Shown here: positions 45,055 to 55,173 of the stretch, one piece after another
Position numbering within the stretch: position 1 is the first letter of the stretch
Layout of the letters: each line of letters starts with the position of its first letter
IMG/VR virus record: IMGVR_UViG_3300013772_000006
Span: 2,596-66,595 of that record
Source: a virus
Direction: 5' to 3' (one strand)
Length of the DNA stretch: 64,000 nt
Translations under genes and position numbers: made by a program
Notes under the pieces: generated by a model
Told to the model about the DNA's origin: nothing
The model's database searches: none
The model's input: only the letters and a program-made list of their open reading frames with translations

Positions 45055-46983
45055 TTATTGGCCGACGATGTGTGGCTGTCCCTGTTTGTCATATACCGTT
45101 TGCCCAGGTCTAAATTCTCCATCTGCCGGTGCATTGGTCTTAGGGTTTATACCCCGTGTTGGAGCAGGTGCTGTTGGTTGCCTGGTTGGTGCCGGCGCAG
45201 CCTGTTGACCATTTGGCGCTGGTGCGGGTTGATATGTCTGATCACCACCTTGTTGTTGGCCACCGTTAAATTTGGCCATAATCGCCGCACCCGCTTGCAT
45301 TAAAGCTGGATTGGACTTATCACCCGCCAGCTGAGCCGCATCGTACATTCTTATGATATCTCCTTGTTGGGCGGTCATGCCTAACCGTTTCATATTGTCA
45401 TAACGGAATTTGTTGAGAGCATTTGATGCCTCACGTTTTTGATCAACAGTATTTTGGTTGTTGGCCACTCGTGCGCCCGCCTGAATACCTGCGACTTCTT
45501 TTCGTCCCTCCATACCTGCTTGTGCTTTCGCGAGTTCGTTCTCGGCTCCTACCCGTGCCGTGCGGCGTTTGTCTAGGAAATCGATGTCCGATTGCCCTGC
45601 GCCACTTAGCGGCTGCATGGACGGCATGCCAAACGCATTCAACTTACTCGCGGCTAACTCGGCTAGTTCGCCCTTTGTATAGCGACCAGGTACGGGTCCA
45701 TTGGGGGATAATTCATTGGTTCCAAGTGACTTATCGGGCACTTTGGGCGACGGCACCGGGGTGCCAGCCGTTTTTGACAACGCATCCAAGGTACCAATCA
45801 CACCATTCTCGTGCATTGTATCAAACTGTCCGGCCTTTCCGATATTGGCCAGATCATGTTGCTGGTCCAGGTTCAACGTAAACGAAGCCGGTCCGGGACC
45901 TTGTCCAGGCGTGGCATGGCCATCAGGACCAAATTGCAGGGGGGCGTGTCCACCTCGAACATCAAATCTCAATAGGCCATTCCCGACGTCTTTTACCTTT
46001 ACCGTTGAGCCATCGGTATTATAGGATAGCATTTTTTCGAACCCGTCGGCGATTTTTCCTGTATCCCGTTCACCCTCGGGCTTGGTGATAAGCAGACGGA
46101 CCTGATTTGCTTCATGGTCTGACTGCTTCGCCATATGTTGAACGCCGTTAAACTGCATATCTTTTCCCGGCAGACTGAGGATCGTCTGATGATTAATGAA
46201 TGATGGGCTCTTATCTGGATATTTTTCTTCTTGTGCGCTGTGAGCCCTGTTCCATTTTTCGTTGGACATTGCATCACTACGTGATAGATATGCCTGCATA
46301 TTGGAGTCAGTGGCCATCCCCTGGCCCTCGTTAGGATCCATCTGTGGGGTCGGCGCCGGGGCACCAGTTGGTAGTGCTGGCGTATCTGACTGGGACGGCG
46401 GAAACAACCGGTTTTTTAAGGTATCATCTGGAGTATACTGAGTGGCCGCAGGAGCGCTACCCATTGCACCCTCAGCCGAGGCAAGTGATGGCACACTACC
46501 GGTTTGATCACCATCATCTGGTACTTCAGGTACAGGGTCGCCATCTTCGAACCGGAGGACAGGTCCACCGCGAGCGAGGCTGTTTGGATCGGGTGGATAG
46601 GTAACCTGTGACCGAGGAACTGTTGGCGTAGGAGCCCGGCCTGTGGCTACACGGTAGGCCACTCCGGCACCACCCGCTAATTCTGCAATCGGACGCGAGA
46701 TAAGGGGGGCACCACCAATCCCTCTCACCATATCCTCTGTCGTTTGTGGTTGCCCGCTGGTGACATTCTTCATCATATTGGTAAAGTTGGGTGTAAACGC
46801 AGATGTGTGTGGCGCTGCCTGTGCTACCTGTTGGTTCGGTATTGCACCTTGCTGGTCGTCTGTCGGTAGGCCATACTTCGCTCGGCCGTGTTGTAGAGCG
46901 GCGTCAATTACATCCACAGCGTTGTCCTGTGGCTCACTGGTATCGAGAGCCGGCGAGGTATCAGTGTCGTCTTCGGTAACCAT
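45055..46983 (-). CDS. Internal virion (ejection) protein
   Basis: 642 aa Q/P/A/D-rich; position. Confidence 0.65.
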   Translation of the reverse strand: MVTEDDTDTSPALDTSEPQDNAVDVIDAALQHGRAKYGLPTDDQQGAIPNQQVAQAAPHTSAFTPNFTNMMKNVTSGQPQTTEDMVRGIGGAPLISRPIAELAGGAGVAYRVATGRAPTPTVPRSQVTYPPDPNSLARGGPVLRFEDGDPVPEVPDDGDQTGSVPSLASAEGAMGSAPAATQYTPDDTLKNRLFPPSQSDTPALPTGAPAPTPQMDPNEGQGMATDSNMQAYLSRSDAMSNEKWNRAHSAQEEKYPDKSPSFINHQTILSLPGKDMQFNGVQHMAKQSDHEANQVRLLITKPEGERDTGKIADGFEKMLSYNTDGSTVKVKDVGNGLLRFDVRGGHAPLQFGPDGHATPGQGPGPASFTLNLDQQHDLANIGKAGQFDTMHENGVIGTLDALSKTAGTPVPSPKVPDKSLGTNELSPNGPVPGRYTKGELAELAASKLNAFGMPSMQPLSGAGQSDIDFLDKRRTARVGAENELAKAQAGMEGRKEVAGIQAGARVANNQNTVDQKREASNALNKFRYDNMKRLGMTAQQGDIIRMYDAAQLAGDKSNPALMQAGAAIMAKFNGGQQQGGDQTYQPAPAPNGQQAAPAPTRQPTAPAPTRGINPKTNAPADGEFRPGQTVYDKQGQPHIVGQ

Positions 46984-48428
46984 TACTTACTCCCGGGCGG
47001 TTTATGGGTACCAGTCTGGTACTCTAGACGGGTTTTGCGGGCCGACTCCATAAGCTTGTAAAAGTGTTCATGACCTTTAAAGATGGCCACGTCTTTTGGA
47101 ATGACGAACTCGTGGGCGTTGACCTTGGCGTCGATGTCATCGGTTTTCGCGCCGCGGCTTGGGCTTGCTTTCACGGGTGCCGGCCCTCCTGGTTGAAGAT
47201 TAATCGCGCCGCCCGGAGCATATCTCTTTGCATAATTGTTCGCCCGCAAGGCCATCGCATGCTGGATATTAATCGCGTGTGGGGAATAGATAGCAGGGAT
47301 CGCTCCACTAGCCTGTAGCACGCTGCCGCCACTATCATAGCCTATAACGGGCCCACCCGCGGCAAGATCGTCTGGTGCAAAGTTGTCACCGCTGCCATTA
47401 TCAACAGGTACTGTATCTCCGGCCCCGTTGTTCCAGTCGTCCCATGTCTGGGTACTAGGTTGATCATAGATTTGGTTTGGGCCACTGCTAAACCCGCTGC
47501 TATCTTGGTAGCCTGTACCGCTATCAAAATAACCGCCGCCGTTGGTGTTGTTCGGATCATTAAATCCACCATAAAGGTTGGCGTATGGGTCAGCTTGCCC
47601 CCCATAAATATACGGGCTGGTAGATGAATAATCCGTGATCGCTGGACCAGATAGATTATCCGATGTACCGCTATTAACGCCTTGTCCAATAGGCCCATCG
47701 CCGGGTGATCCCATATTTGATCCAGGCATAATAATAGCGCCACCTGGGCCACCTCCGCTCCCGTTCCCAGATTGGTATCCAGGGCCACCCCCACTATCGT
47801 TCCCACTTCCTTGATTAGAGTTTGAGGGTGATTTTGGTTGCTGTGGCTGTGGCCCTTGTGTGTGGCTCTGACTTTGGTTCGATTGGGTCTGCTGGCGGTT
47901 ATCCCCAAGCGGGGGGTATTTCAGGCCCATGGCTGTATTATGCATAGACGCGGCCCGCGCCGCATTTGCCTGTTCATTGGCAATCGCCTGGTTTTGGTCG
48001 GCACGCCCCTCGTTTCTGGCGGTTAGCATGGCTTCATTGGCCGCCCCGGCTTCCGTTGCCGCCGTTTTACCTCGTTCCGCGGTATCAAGGGCATAGCGCC
48101 GGCCCACATTAGACGGATCACCTACCCCAAATGATTGGAGATCTCGTAGGGCACCTTGGCGGGCCTGTTCGCCGAGCTGTCCCGCGCCGGCGATCGCTTG
48201 CCCGGCTTTTTGCTGTTGGTAACCCGGCGATAGTTCCTGATTGCCCCGATTGATAAGTCCCTGCTGTAGTGGCTGAAAGGTGTTATCATACTGCGCGAAT
48301 GTTTTGTCAGCATAATCCGAGATATGCCCCGCCAATGCCTGTAAAAAGGACGCCTGAGGGTAATCGGGGATAAAGGACTTACCCGTGGATTGGCCGCTAC
48401 CAGAACTAACTGTGTTGCTTATCGTCAT
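46983..48428 (-). CDS. Internal virion (ejection) protein
   Basis: 481 aa G/S/Q/N-rich; C-terminal DDIDAKVNAHEFVIPKDV motif. Confidence 0.7.
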   Translation of the reverse strand: MTISNTVSSGSGQSTGKSFIPDYPQASFLQALAGHISDYADKTFAQYDNTFQPLQQGLINRGNQELSPGYQQQKAGQAIAGAGQLGEQARQGALRDLQSFGVGDPSNVGRRYALDTAERGKTAATEAGAANEAMLTARNEGRADQNQAIANEQANAARAASMHNTAMGLKYPPLGDNRQQTQSNQSQSHTQGPQPQQPKSPSNSNQGSGNDSGGGPGYQSGNGSGGGPGGAIIMPGSNMGSPGDGPIGQGVNSGTSDNLSGPAITDYSSTSPYIYGGQADPYANLYGGFNDPNNTNGGGYFDSGTGYQDSSGFSSGPNQIYDQPSTQTWDDWNNGAGDTVPVDNGSGDNFAPDDLAAGGPVIGYDSGGSVLQASGAIPAIYSPHAINIQHAMALRANNYAKRYAPGGAINLQPGGPAPVKASPSRGAKTDDIDAKVNAHEFVIPKDVAIFKGHEHFYKLMESARKTRLEYQTGTHKPPGSK

Positions 48429-48490
48429 GCAGCGGTCCTCAAGGGTAAACGCTTGCCTACTATTAGGTAATTAGGGTAAAGATTGGGTTA

Positions 48491-49288
48491 CTAGGCTTTT
48501 GACACAAAATAGGACCGGGTCAGGCCATTTTGGACCGCGGACATGGTCGCGGGCTTCTTTGGGTTAAGGGAGACAATGTCTTGGGTTAACTGGATGGTGT
48601 TATCAAAGCCCGAGAACGTCACCGAAAACGCTGGTTTTGTGGATACGTGTGGCACTTTAATCTTTATCATGACCCGTTCGCGCTGGACATGGTCACATAT
48701 CGAGGAGGCGGTTGCCCCATTTGATCCTGGTATCTCCGGATTTGGATACCCCTCATTTAAAAAGTTGCTATAGTCTTGGGCAATTGAGGCGGCCGCCGTT
48801 GTCCCGCGAAAGCTGCCGCTAAACCCGCCGTGTGGCACCCATGCCCCCCATTGCCGTGTGGGGGGTGTACCGCCTGGGCCAACTAGCCAAAAGTTACTCA
48901 AGAGGCCCGCATTCTTAAATACGTACCCCGTTGTAAACAACGAAAGACCGCCTGTGAGATTTAGCAGGGCGTTTTTGAAGGTGGTAAAGCCTCCGGGTCC
49001 AATGAAGCCAAATGCCCCGTGGATCGTTTGGAACGGGTAGTAGACAACCCACTGTGTTTGGTTATCGAGTAAATCGGATACTGTGGTATTTTGCAGTAGG
49101 GTAGTTGTTTTATCCAGGATATTTGGTACCGCGGTAAAGGTACTGTTTAGGGTTACGTCACGAGTAAATGTCACCGTCACCGTGCCGCCCGGCGACCCGA
49201 AATTTAAATCAGTTATGGTATCGAGCCACCCGCCGGCGCTATCGTCGGTTGTTTTGTCATCGACTTGTATAATGATATCACTGGCCAC
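48491..49288 (-). CDS. Putative tail protein
   Basis: Thr/Gly/Phe-rich, in the tail operon. Confidence 0.5.
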   Translation of the reverse strand: MASDIIIQVDDKTTDDSAGGWLDTITDLNFGSPGGTVTVTFTRDVTLNSTFTAVPNILDKTTTLLQNTTVSDLLDNQTQWVVYYPFQTIHGAFGFIGPGGFTTFKNALLNLTGGLSLFTTGYVFKNAGLLSNFWLVGPGGTPPTRQWGAWVPHGGFSGSFRGTTAAASIAQDYSNFLNEGYPNPEIPGSNGATASSICDHVQRERVMIKIKVPHVSTKPAFSVTFSGFDNTIQLTQDIVSLNPKKPATMSAVQNGLTRSYFVSKA

Positions 49289-49625
49289 GTTGCCATACCC
49301 ACAATTCGCCGGTTACCGTGTCTTTAAATGTCATACCGTTGATCTGCTTGAACTCGATAAAGGTGGTCGGGTCTTGCTTGCTGAATACCTTTACTTTTGC
49401 GGTGAGCCGTTTTGCTTTTTGTTCTTCGTACCGCGGTTTCTTTTTAGTAGGTGAACGTTTAAACGCCGCACCACGCAGCATATTATAACCATGAATGAGC
49501 TGTGCCAGAGCCGGCAATACGCCGCTCATATCAGTCGGGACCGCAACCGACGGCGTAAGGGTACTTGTGTCGGGCTGCGAAATTATTTCGTCAGTTGACT
49601 GAAAACAAACCGGGCATACGGGCAT
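49278..49625 (-). CDS. Tail-module hypothetical protein
   Basis: Coupled to the nozzle gene; N-terminal CPVC. Confidence 0.55.
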   Translation of the reverse strand: MPVCPVCFQSTDEIISQPDTSTLTPSVAVPTDMSGVLPALAQLIHGYNMLRGAAFKRSPTKKKPRYEEQKAKRLTAKVKVFSKQDPTTFIEFKQINGMTFKDTVTGELWVWQRGQ

Positions 49626-52327
49626 TAGACGCTCCCGAGTTCACGAGCATTTGTGGCCACTTGAAAATTACTGACCTGCACTCTGCCTTCAATTTCCCAC
49701 TGCCAAACCTCTGTCTTGAACCCCGATAGGACTCGCAAGAGCTCACCACTATTCTGGAACTCGCGGGTAGTGACCAGATTGTTATCAGCGTAGACACGTA
49801 TGATCCCATACTGATTGGCCCCGAGCGTAAGCCAACTCGCATCATTGGTCGCCGCCTGGTTACGGGCACCAGGGGTTGGCGAGCCAGCTGGTATATCGAA
49901 GAAGATCTTCATGGCTTCGAAGTTCTTTTTCGAAGGCTGCTGGTATTTCTTCGAACGCCACTTGTATGTGGTAATGGTGGGGCTGGGATCAGAGAAGTCA
50001 TAATAGTAGAGGCCACCGTTCGTAAGCAACATACCGATGCCAGTCCACGGGTCGTTCAGCACATTGAAAATATCGGTGCTAGCTGGCGACGTCAGCTTGT
50101 TAAAGCCAAGTCGGTGGCCACCCGGCTGTGGCCAGATTGAAAAGCTAGCCGCATCAGGGAGCATTTCAATAGTGAACCCAATTTGGGCATAAGTATGATC
50201 ACCGTTATCGACCACGCCGAAGGCGAAATAGCAGCCAGCAAGGGAGATGGCATGGATGCCGTGGGGTGGCGTTAAGGCGCGCCATTTATCTCGAGTGATC
50301 CACGACTCGGTTATATTGGTGCCAAGGCCATTTCCCGTAACCGCTATAAGACCATTAGGGCTGGCATAATAGACCGCCGCTAACGAACTTACGACCGATC
50401 CGCGTGAGGTACACGGTTCGGGGATCAACACTTTTAAGAGGCTCATGCTACTGGGGTTTAGGCCGGTAGCGATATAAGGCGTTGCGCTAGTGGCCGCGAC
50501 CACGGAGTTACCGGTCACGCCGATCCCCACGATCGGGAATTCGGTGGTTATAACGTTGCCCGGGGGCCATGCATGGGGGCGATATGGTTCGCAGAACCAC
50601 AACTCGTTCCCTTTGAACCCGACGATCATGCCGTTTGGCATACTGGCGATGCCCTCGAGGCCTTCAGGCGGCGGGAACCACTCAGCGCTGGGCAGAATGG
50701 TATTTCCGGCAATGACGTCATCCAGCACGGTATCGACATATGTAGCCAGTTGGACATCCAGATCTCCGGCCGGGGTGTCGGCGGTTCCGCCATTAACAGC
50801 GCCGGTTGGAGTGACCAGGAAGTAATCAGTTTGTCCCCCCACGGCACTGATGGTGCGGTACAAGCGTTTCTTAGTAATGTTCCGCAAGACACCTGTGTCA
50901 TCAGGCGGAGGTGCGAATAGGCTAACTGTCCATGTCCCATTGTTCCATCCTGTTACAATAGTCGGCGGGCTCGGCGGGCTCTCCTCGCCGTAGGCGGTGA
51001 CCCATGTATACACATAGGCCCTGGTCTCCAATACCGCGGTAGACCCAACAGAAGCAAACATAGCGAGCGACGGTTGCCCTGTAGTCATCGCTGGTGCTGT
51101 TGCAGGTGGGCCGTTCGAATATGTAGAGGGAGCGGTGAACCCGGCTGTACCATGTGGATTAGACTGATCAAAGTTAATTGAGGTATCCACCGTGAACCCG
51201 ATCCAATAGGGGGTATTGGCTAGAACAGCAACGGGGTTCAAAAAGACCATGGTCAATAAACCACCGGCCGAACAACCAGTAACTTGTGGCGTGACACCTA
51301 AACGGGCCCCGGGTGCACCGGCATTGTCCGCATAGAGAACACCGGTAAAGTTAGGGGTTAGACTCGTATCAAGCGTGATACAATCGATATCGATTATACT
51401 TGTCGCGCCAGTTGGTGTAACTTTGGCTAAATAAAGCGTGTTTGCGCCTACCATAAACGCGCCGCCGCCAGCGGTACTAATGCCAATTTGTCCAGTATTA
51501 TCACCTCCGCCGGTGATTGTAACGCCAGGAGCGCAACCCGGCGCATTTAGGCCCAGCAGCCATGGGGGCGAGTTTGCGGCGATGCGATCGGACGTATTAT
51601 ATTGCGGGGGCTGGCTCGGGCTCACGAAATAAACACGATTGAATTTATCGTCCACAACCGGTGACCGTACGACATCGGTATAAGGATCGACAAACTCCAG
51701 CCACGTTGCGGCACCAGTGATGGACGTGTCAACAGTTGGATTGGTACCGCCGGTAAAGGTCCCAGAGGACCACGCCATTCTGACTCCGGCGGTAGACTCA
51801 GTGACTACCACGGTATTATATGCCGCACCAAAGTCGAGCGCCTTCACCGTGAGAACACTACCAGCAATGGTATTATCACCGGCGGTGAGCGAAACAATCG
51901 GGTTGACTTCCGTGCCAGCAAAGAACAGCACGCCCACATTCGCCGCGTCATTGGCGGCGTTTATACCGATATTCACCGCGGCGAGGAGGGCAGTAGACGA
52001 GGAGGAAAGGGCGAGATCATATGGTGCTGCCATTACCGTGCGCCAGGTATAGATTGCCTCACCGATTTTAACGCTGTCCCCGTTGTTCAGGCCAGCAAGA
52101 AAGGTTAGCGACGCCGAGGCCTGCGCTCGGGTAAGCGTCGGGATCCGGAAGGCCGTGGTGGCATTAGGGTTGGTCAGCGGACGCAATAGTTTCGGGGCTC
52201 GCCAGCCCGTTAACGCGCCGGAGAATAGGTAGCAATTTTGGGCGCTTTCAGATTGGTTTGCAGGCAGTAGAGCCGGGTCCCAGGCAGGGAGCATCCCCCC
52301 GAATTGCTGGATTTTTAACGCAGACAT
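49625..52327 (-). CDS. Tail nozzle/tubular protein with inserted beta-sandwich domains
   Basis: FGGM.P, RAYVYTWVTAYGEESPPS, FCEPYRPHAWP, YASPNGL, WRSK motifs of podovirus tail proteins. Confidence 0.72.
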   Translation of the reverse strand: MSALKIQQFGGMLPAWDPALLPANQSESAQNCYLFSGALTGWRAPKLLRPLTNPNATTAFRIPTLTRAQASASLTFLAGLNNGDSVKIGEAIYTWRTVMAAPYDLALSSSSTALLAAVNIGINAANDAANVGVLFFAGTEVNPIVSLTAGDNTIAGSVLTVKALDFGAAYNTVVVTESTAGVRMAWSSGTFTGGTNPTVDTSITGAATWLEFVDPYTDVVRSPVVDDKFNRVYFVSPSQPPQYNTSDRIAANSPPWLLGLNAPGCAPGVTITGGGDNTGQIGISTAGGGAFMVGANTLYLAKVTPTGATSIIDIDCITLDTSLTPNFTGVLYADNAGAPGARLGVTPQVTGCSAGGLLTMVFLNPVAVLANTPYWIGFTVDTSINFDQSNPHGTAGFTAPSTYSNGPPATAPAMTTGQPSLAMFASVGSTAVLETRAYVYTWVTAYGEESPPSPPTIVTGWNNGTWTVSLFAPPPDDTGVLRNITKKRLYRTISAVGGQTDYFLVTPTGAVNGGTADTPAGDLDVQLATYVDTVLDDVIAGNTILPSAEWFPPPEGLEGIASMPNGMIVGFKGNELWFCEPYRPHAWPPGNVITTEFPIVGIGVTGNSVVAATSATPYIATGLNPSSMSLLKVLIPEPCTSRGSVVSSLAAVYYASPNGLIAVTGNGLGTNITESWITRDKWRALTPPHGIHAISLAGCYFAFGVVDNGDHTYAQIGFTIEMLPDAASFSIWPQPGGHRLGFNKLTSPASTDIFNVLNDPWTGIGMLLTNGGLYYYDFSDPSPTITTYKWRSKKYQQPSKKNFEAMKIFFDIPAGSPTPGARNQAATNDASWLTLGANQYGIIRVYADNNLVTTREFQNSGELLRVLSGFKTEVWQWEIEGRVQVSNFQVATNARELGSV

Positions 52328-52351
52328 AGGGTGGCACCTTTGTTAGGTGCC

Positions 52352-52383
52352 ACCCTACTGTTGATCGGTTAGCAATTACTTAA
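52352..52383 (-). promoter_or_regulatory. CtrA-box-type late promoter
   Basis: - strand TTAA-GTAATTG-CTAAC-N10-TAGGGT, 41 nt upstream of ATG 52327. Confidence 0.72.
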
Positions 52384-52960
52384 GGTTTCCAAACGGGGAC
52401 GGCGGCTTCCCCGTGGCCGGATCCGTCGAGTTCATGTCTGGAACATGGTCCGCTGGCCGAAAAACCGGGGTGTTTTTTGGCTCGTTCGGGTCAGGCGGGA
52501 TCTGCTGGCGAAGCTTTTCTTGTGTTTCAAAATGAGCTACCCGGCGCTGCCCGGCGGCCATTTCCGCGTCGATCGTGGCCTGTTGCCGTTCGGTCGGTTT
52601 CGGCGGGATGTATTCTTTCGCGTTATCTTTAGCGGCTTGTCGCGCGGTGAGGATCTGTTCCTCGATTTCGCCCCACGTTCCCGGCTTGCGGACTTGGACG
52701 TTTTGCGGGGCTTCGTCTTTCGCCGCCTCTGCCTCGTCGTATGCCTTTGCGAGGGCTGCTGCCTTGGCAACTGCATCGATGCGCGGATCTGGTTCAGTGC
52801 CCAAAGCGGGATGATCATCAGGAATGTCGACTGGCTTGTCATCCGCTGGCTTTTTCTTGGGCCTGTTTGGAGCCCTTGGCTTGCGCGGTTTCTTGGCCAC
52901 TGGCTTGGCCGGCGCTGGACCCGCGTCCTGCTCGTCCTGTAGTTCGTTTTCGTCCTGCAT
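52376..52960 (-). CDS. Charged Pro-rich hypothetical protein
   Basis: Likely start MQDENE at 52960. Confidence 0.55.
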   Translation of the reverse strand: MQDENELQDEQDAGPAPAKPVAKKPRKPRAPNRPKKKPADDKPVDIPDDHPALGTEPDPRIDAVAKAAALAKAYDEAEAAKDEAPQNVQVRKPGTWGEIEEQILTARQAAKDNAKEYIPPKPTERQQATIDAEMAAGQRRVAHFETQEKLRQQIPPDPNEPKNTPVFRPADHVPDMNSTDPATGKPPSPFGNLK

Positions 52961-53035
52961 CTGCGTCACCTTTCCATAGTTTTGACTCTGTACCCCAGCC
53001 GTCGTTGCCGGTACCAAGGTCTGTGGCTTTTGAAC

Positions 53036-53461
53036 TCATTCGCCTGTCTTATCACGGCCAAAATAGAGCCGACCAATACCCATAACGGTGGCTGATCCAA
53101 ATAGGAACCCGATAATGGTCGTCATCCACTCTGCGACTTGCCCATGTATAGCATCGGTGTTGCCGTTTGTCCAGGATGCCAGGACAACGTCATAAATAAT
53201 CACCTTCCATTCATATATCATAATAGGTGTCGCAAACCCAATGAGCATAAGGGTAAGGACTTTGCTCCCGGACATGATTGACAGGCGGCTGGTATTCTCA
53301 TGATCCGCCGCGGCCGCGCCTTGGACCAACTTCGTGGCCATGGCGGTGTCGCCACCGATCCGGGCCTTAACCAGTTGCACCTTGGCGTTAAAGTACGCCG
53401 TTGTTATGCTGGTAACGAGGGTACTAAGGCCAGGGATCAGGGCGAGGATGGCCATAAACAT
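53036..53461 (-). CDS. Putative 3-TM holin (GTA-type)
   Basis: Three hydrophobic segments, IIGFLFG; lysis cassette. Confidence 0.6.
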   Translation of the reverse strand: MFMAILALIPGLSTLVTSITTAYFNAKVQLVKARIGGDTAMATKLVQGAAAADHENTSRLSIMSGSKVLTLMLIGFATPIMIYEWKVIIYDVVLASWTNGNTDAIHGQVAEWMTTIIGFLFGSATVMGIGRLYFGRDKTGE

Positions 53462-53742
53462 CAGGGTTTGCCTACATCCAGGTGATCATCTTTAATATCG
53501 CGCGGGGCATCCAGGTCGGTAGCCCGGTTACGCCGGGCCCACTCACTAACTGACCCATCGACGACGAGATAGGCAATAAAGACCTTGATCGCCGCTTGCA
53601 CCCGGGGGCTGTCGGTAACCAAACTCGCGAGATCAATACCGCTCATTTGCATTGCCGTAAACGCAATGCCGATGAACATCTTGATGCGGGCGATCAGGAT
53701 GGTTTCGGAGTCGTGAAAGGATGCCGCGAATTTAGCCCACAT
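53461..53742 (-). CDS. Putative 2-TM holin/lysis protein
   Basis: Two hydrophobic helices directly after the endolysin. Confidence 0.5.
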   Translation of the reverse strand: MWAKFAASFHDSETILIARIKMFIGIAFTAMQMSGIDLASLVTDSPRVQAAIKVFIAYLVVDGSVSEWARRNRATDLDAPRDIKDDHLDVGKP

Positions 53743-53743
53743 A

Positions 53744-54667
53744 TCAGGCCCTTACTGGTTGGGGAGGTATGGTAGGAGTAGGAGTAGGAGTAGGAGTAGG
53801 AGTAGGAGTAGGAGTAGTAGGTAGTTCAACAGTGCTGGCTCGTACCGGTTGGGGCGGTATGGTAGTAGGTAGTACAACCGTATTGTTTGCTGTGGTATTT
53901 TTACCATTCCGGTAGGAAATATACACTACTCCGGCGCCAATTACAATACCTACCACTAAACCAACAGCCCAAAGTGGAACACCAGCCGCGTGGGCGCCCG
54001 CGGCCGCCGCCGCACCACCCGCAACCGTACCCTTCGTTGCTGTCGAGACCCCGTGCGGACTATAGTGGCGTGCCTTCGTGGCCCGTGCTCTAGGCCATAC
54101 CGGTGGCGGTATATTCCGTGGCACGCGGCCGGCAGCAAGCGCTTCGCTATAAGTCTGGAGATCCGCTACCCGAGCTCCCCAACCGCTCCCAAAACTGTTC
54201 CATGCCGACCCGCCCCGGATCTGGTGCATGAAATGAAGGCGTTCGGTGCAGACAGCATCAATGAACCATTTTGCGTCGGCCTTGTTGATCGCCGCCACCA
54301 CGTCTGGTGTCATGACGCCACTGGCCGGCAATTTAAGGAGAGCGCGAGCCACCCTGATAGGGCGCGAGTTCCCGGAGTTGATCCCGTAGTCGAGTAGCAC
54401 ACTGTCACAGCCGGGATTGAGATAGTTGAACTGTATCCCAGCGGCATATTTAGCCCGATAGATATCCCCGGCTTCGTAGCGCTGCATCGCCTTGACAAGT
54501 GGTGCCCACGTCGCCATGGAGGACATAGTCTGTCCACGGTGCTCCGCTAAGTCATAACAGGTAATACCATACTTCGTCGGGCCGCCGGGGTCATTCTTGT
54601 CCCACCCGTAGTCGCCTTCGTAGCGATCGATCACCCGGTCGATGAACGGCTGATAATCGGCTTCCAT
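53744..54667 (-). CDS. Endolysin, GH108 + PG-binding domain, C-terminal TM and Pro-Thr tail
   Basis: EG.Y....NDPGGPTKYGIT, DYGINSG, FGSGWGARV. Confidence 0.88.
   Translation of the reverse strand: MEADYQPFIDRVIDRYEGDYGWDKNDPGGPTKYGITCYDLAEHRGQTMSSMATWAPLVKAMQRYEAGDIYRAKYAAGIQFNYLNPGCDSVLLDYGINSGNSRPIRVARALLKLPASGVMTPDVVAAINKADAKWFIDAVCTERLHFMHQIRGGSAWNSFGSGWGARVADLQTYSEALAAGRVPRNIPPPVWPRARATKARHYSPHGVSTATKGTVAGGAAAAAGAHAAGVPLWAVGLVVGIVIGAGVVYISYRNGKNTTANNTVVLPTTIPPQPVRASTVELPTTPTPTPTPTPTPTPTIPPQPVRA
53772..53816. repeat. (GTAGGA)x7 microsatellite encoding (PT)n in the endolysin tail
   Basis: Directly visible hexamer array. Confidence 0.9.
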
Positions 54668-54668
54668 T

Positions 54669-54860
54669 TCAGACCTTTGGGGGTCGGCCAACCGTCGATG
54701 TAGCTTTTAGCTTTGCCACCGTCGCTGCTTCGGCCCTGTCAAGCTGTGCCCGGAGCTCAGCGGGAACGCCAGTGATAAGGTCCTTGATCTTTTGGCTGAA
54801 TGCCACACCGGCACCGAGGGATAGCACCGCCAGGGCGAATTCGATTAGAATACGCGTCAT
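54669..54860 (-). CDS. Small membrane-anchored protein in the lysis cassette
   Basis: N-terminal hydrophobic helix. Confidence 0.5.
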   Translation of the reverse strand: MTRILIEFALAVLSLGAGVAFSQKIKDLITGVPAELRAQLDRAEAATVAKLKATSTVGRPPKV

Positions 54861-55099
54861 ATTGAGTTATCCTTCTTGTTTTCAATGAGAGCACGGAGTT
54901 TATCAGCGTCTTCACGGGTGGCGCATTTCGAGTCCCCGACTTTTAGGTTGGCCTCTTTATTACTCTCGTCAATCGCGGCAACGACCGTTGGCCGCGCGGC
55001 TTCACATGCCTCTAGGGTCGGGTACGAGGCCTGATTATATTCACCAATGACAGCAGGTTTGCCGGCGAGATTGACCAGGATGACGAGAATTACAAACAT
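54857..55099 (-). CDS. Small exported protein with Cys pair
   Basis: Hydrophobic N-terminus, YPTLEACEAA...C; AGGAAGG RBS. Confidence 0.55.
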   Translation of the reverse strand: MFVILVILVNLAGKPAVIGEYNQASYPTLEACEAARPTVVAAIDESNKEANLKVGDSKCATREDADKLRALIENKKDNSI

Positions 55100-55133
55100 G
55101 GAACCTTCCTATGGAAAAAACCTAGTAAGGGAA

Positions 55134-55166
55134 ACCCTATGTTTTTGGAGTTAACATTTCGTTAAC
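55134..55166 (-). promoter_or_regulatory. Perfect CtrA box promoter upstream of the lysis cassette
   Basis: - strand TTAA-CGAAATG-TTAAC-N10-TAGGGT. Confidence 0.78.
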
Positions 55167-55173
55167 AACGGTT

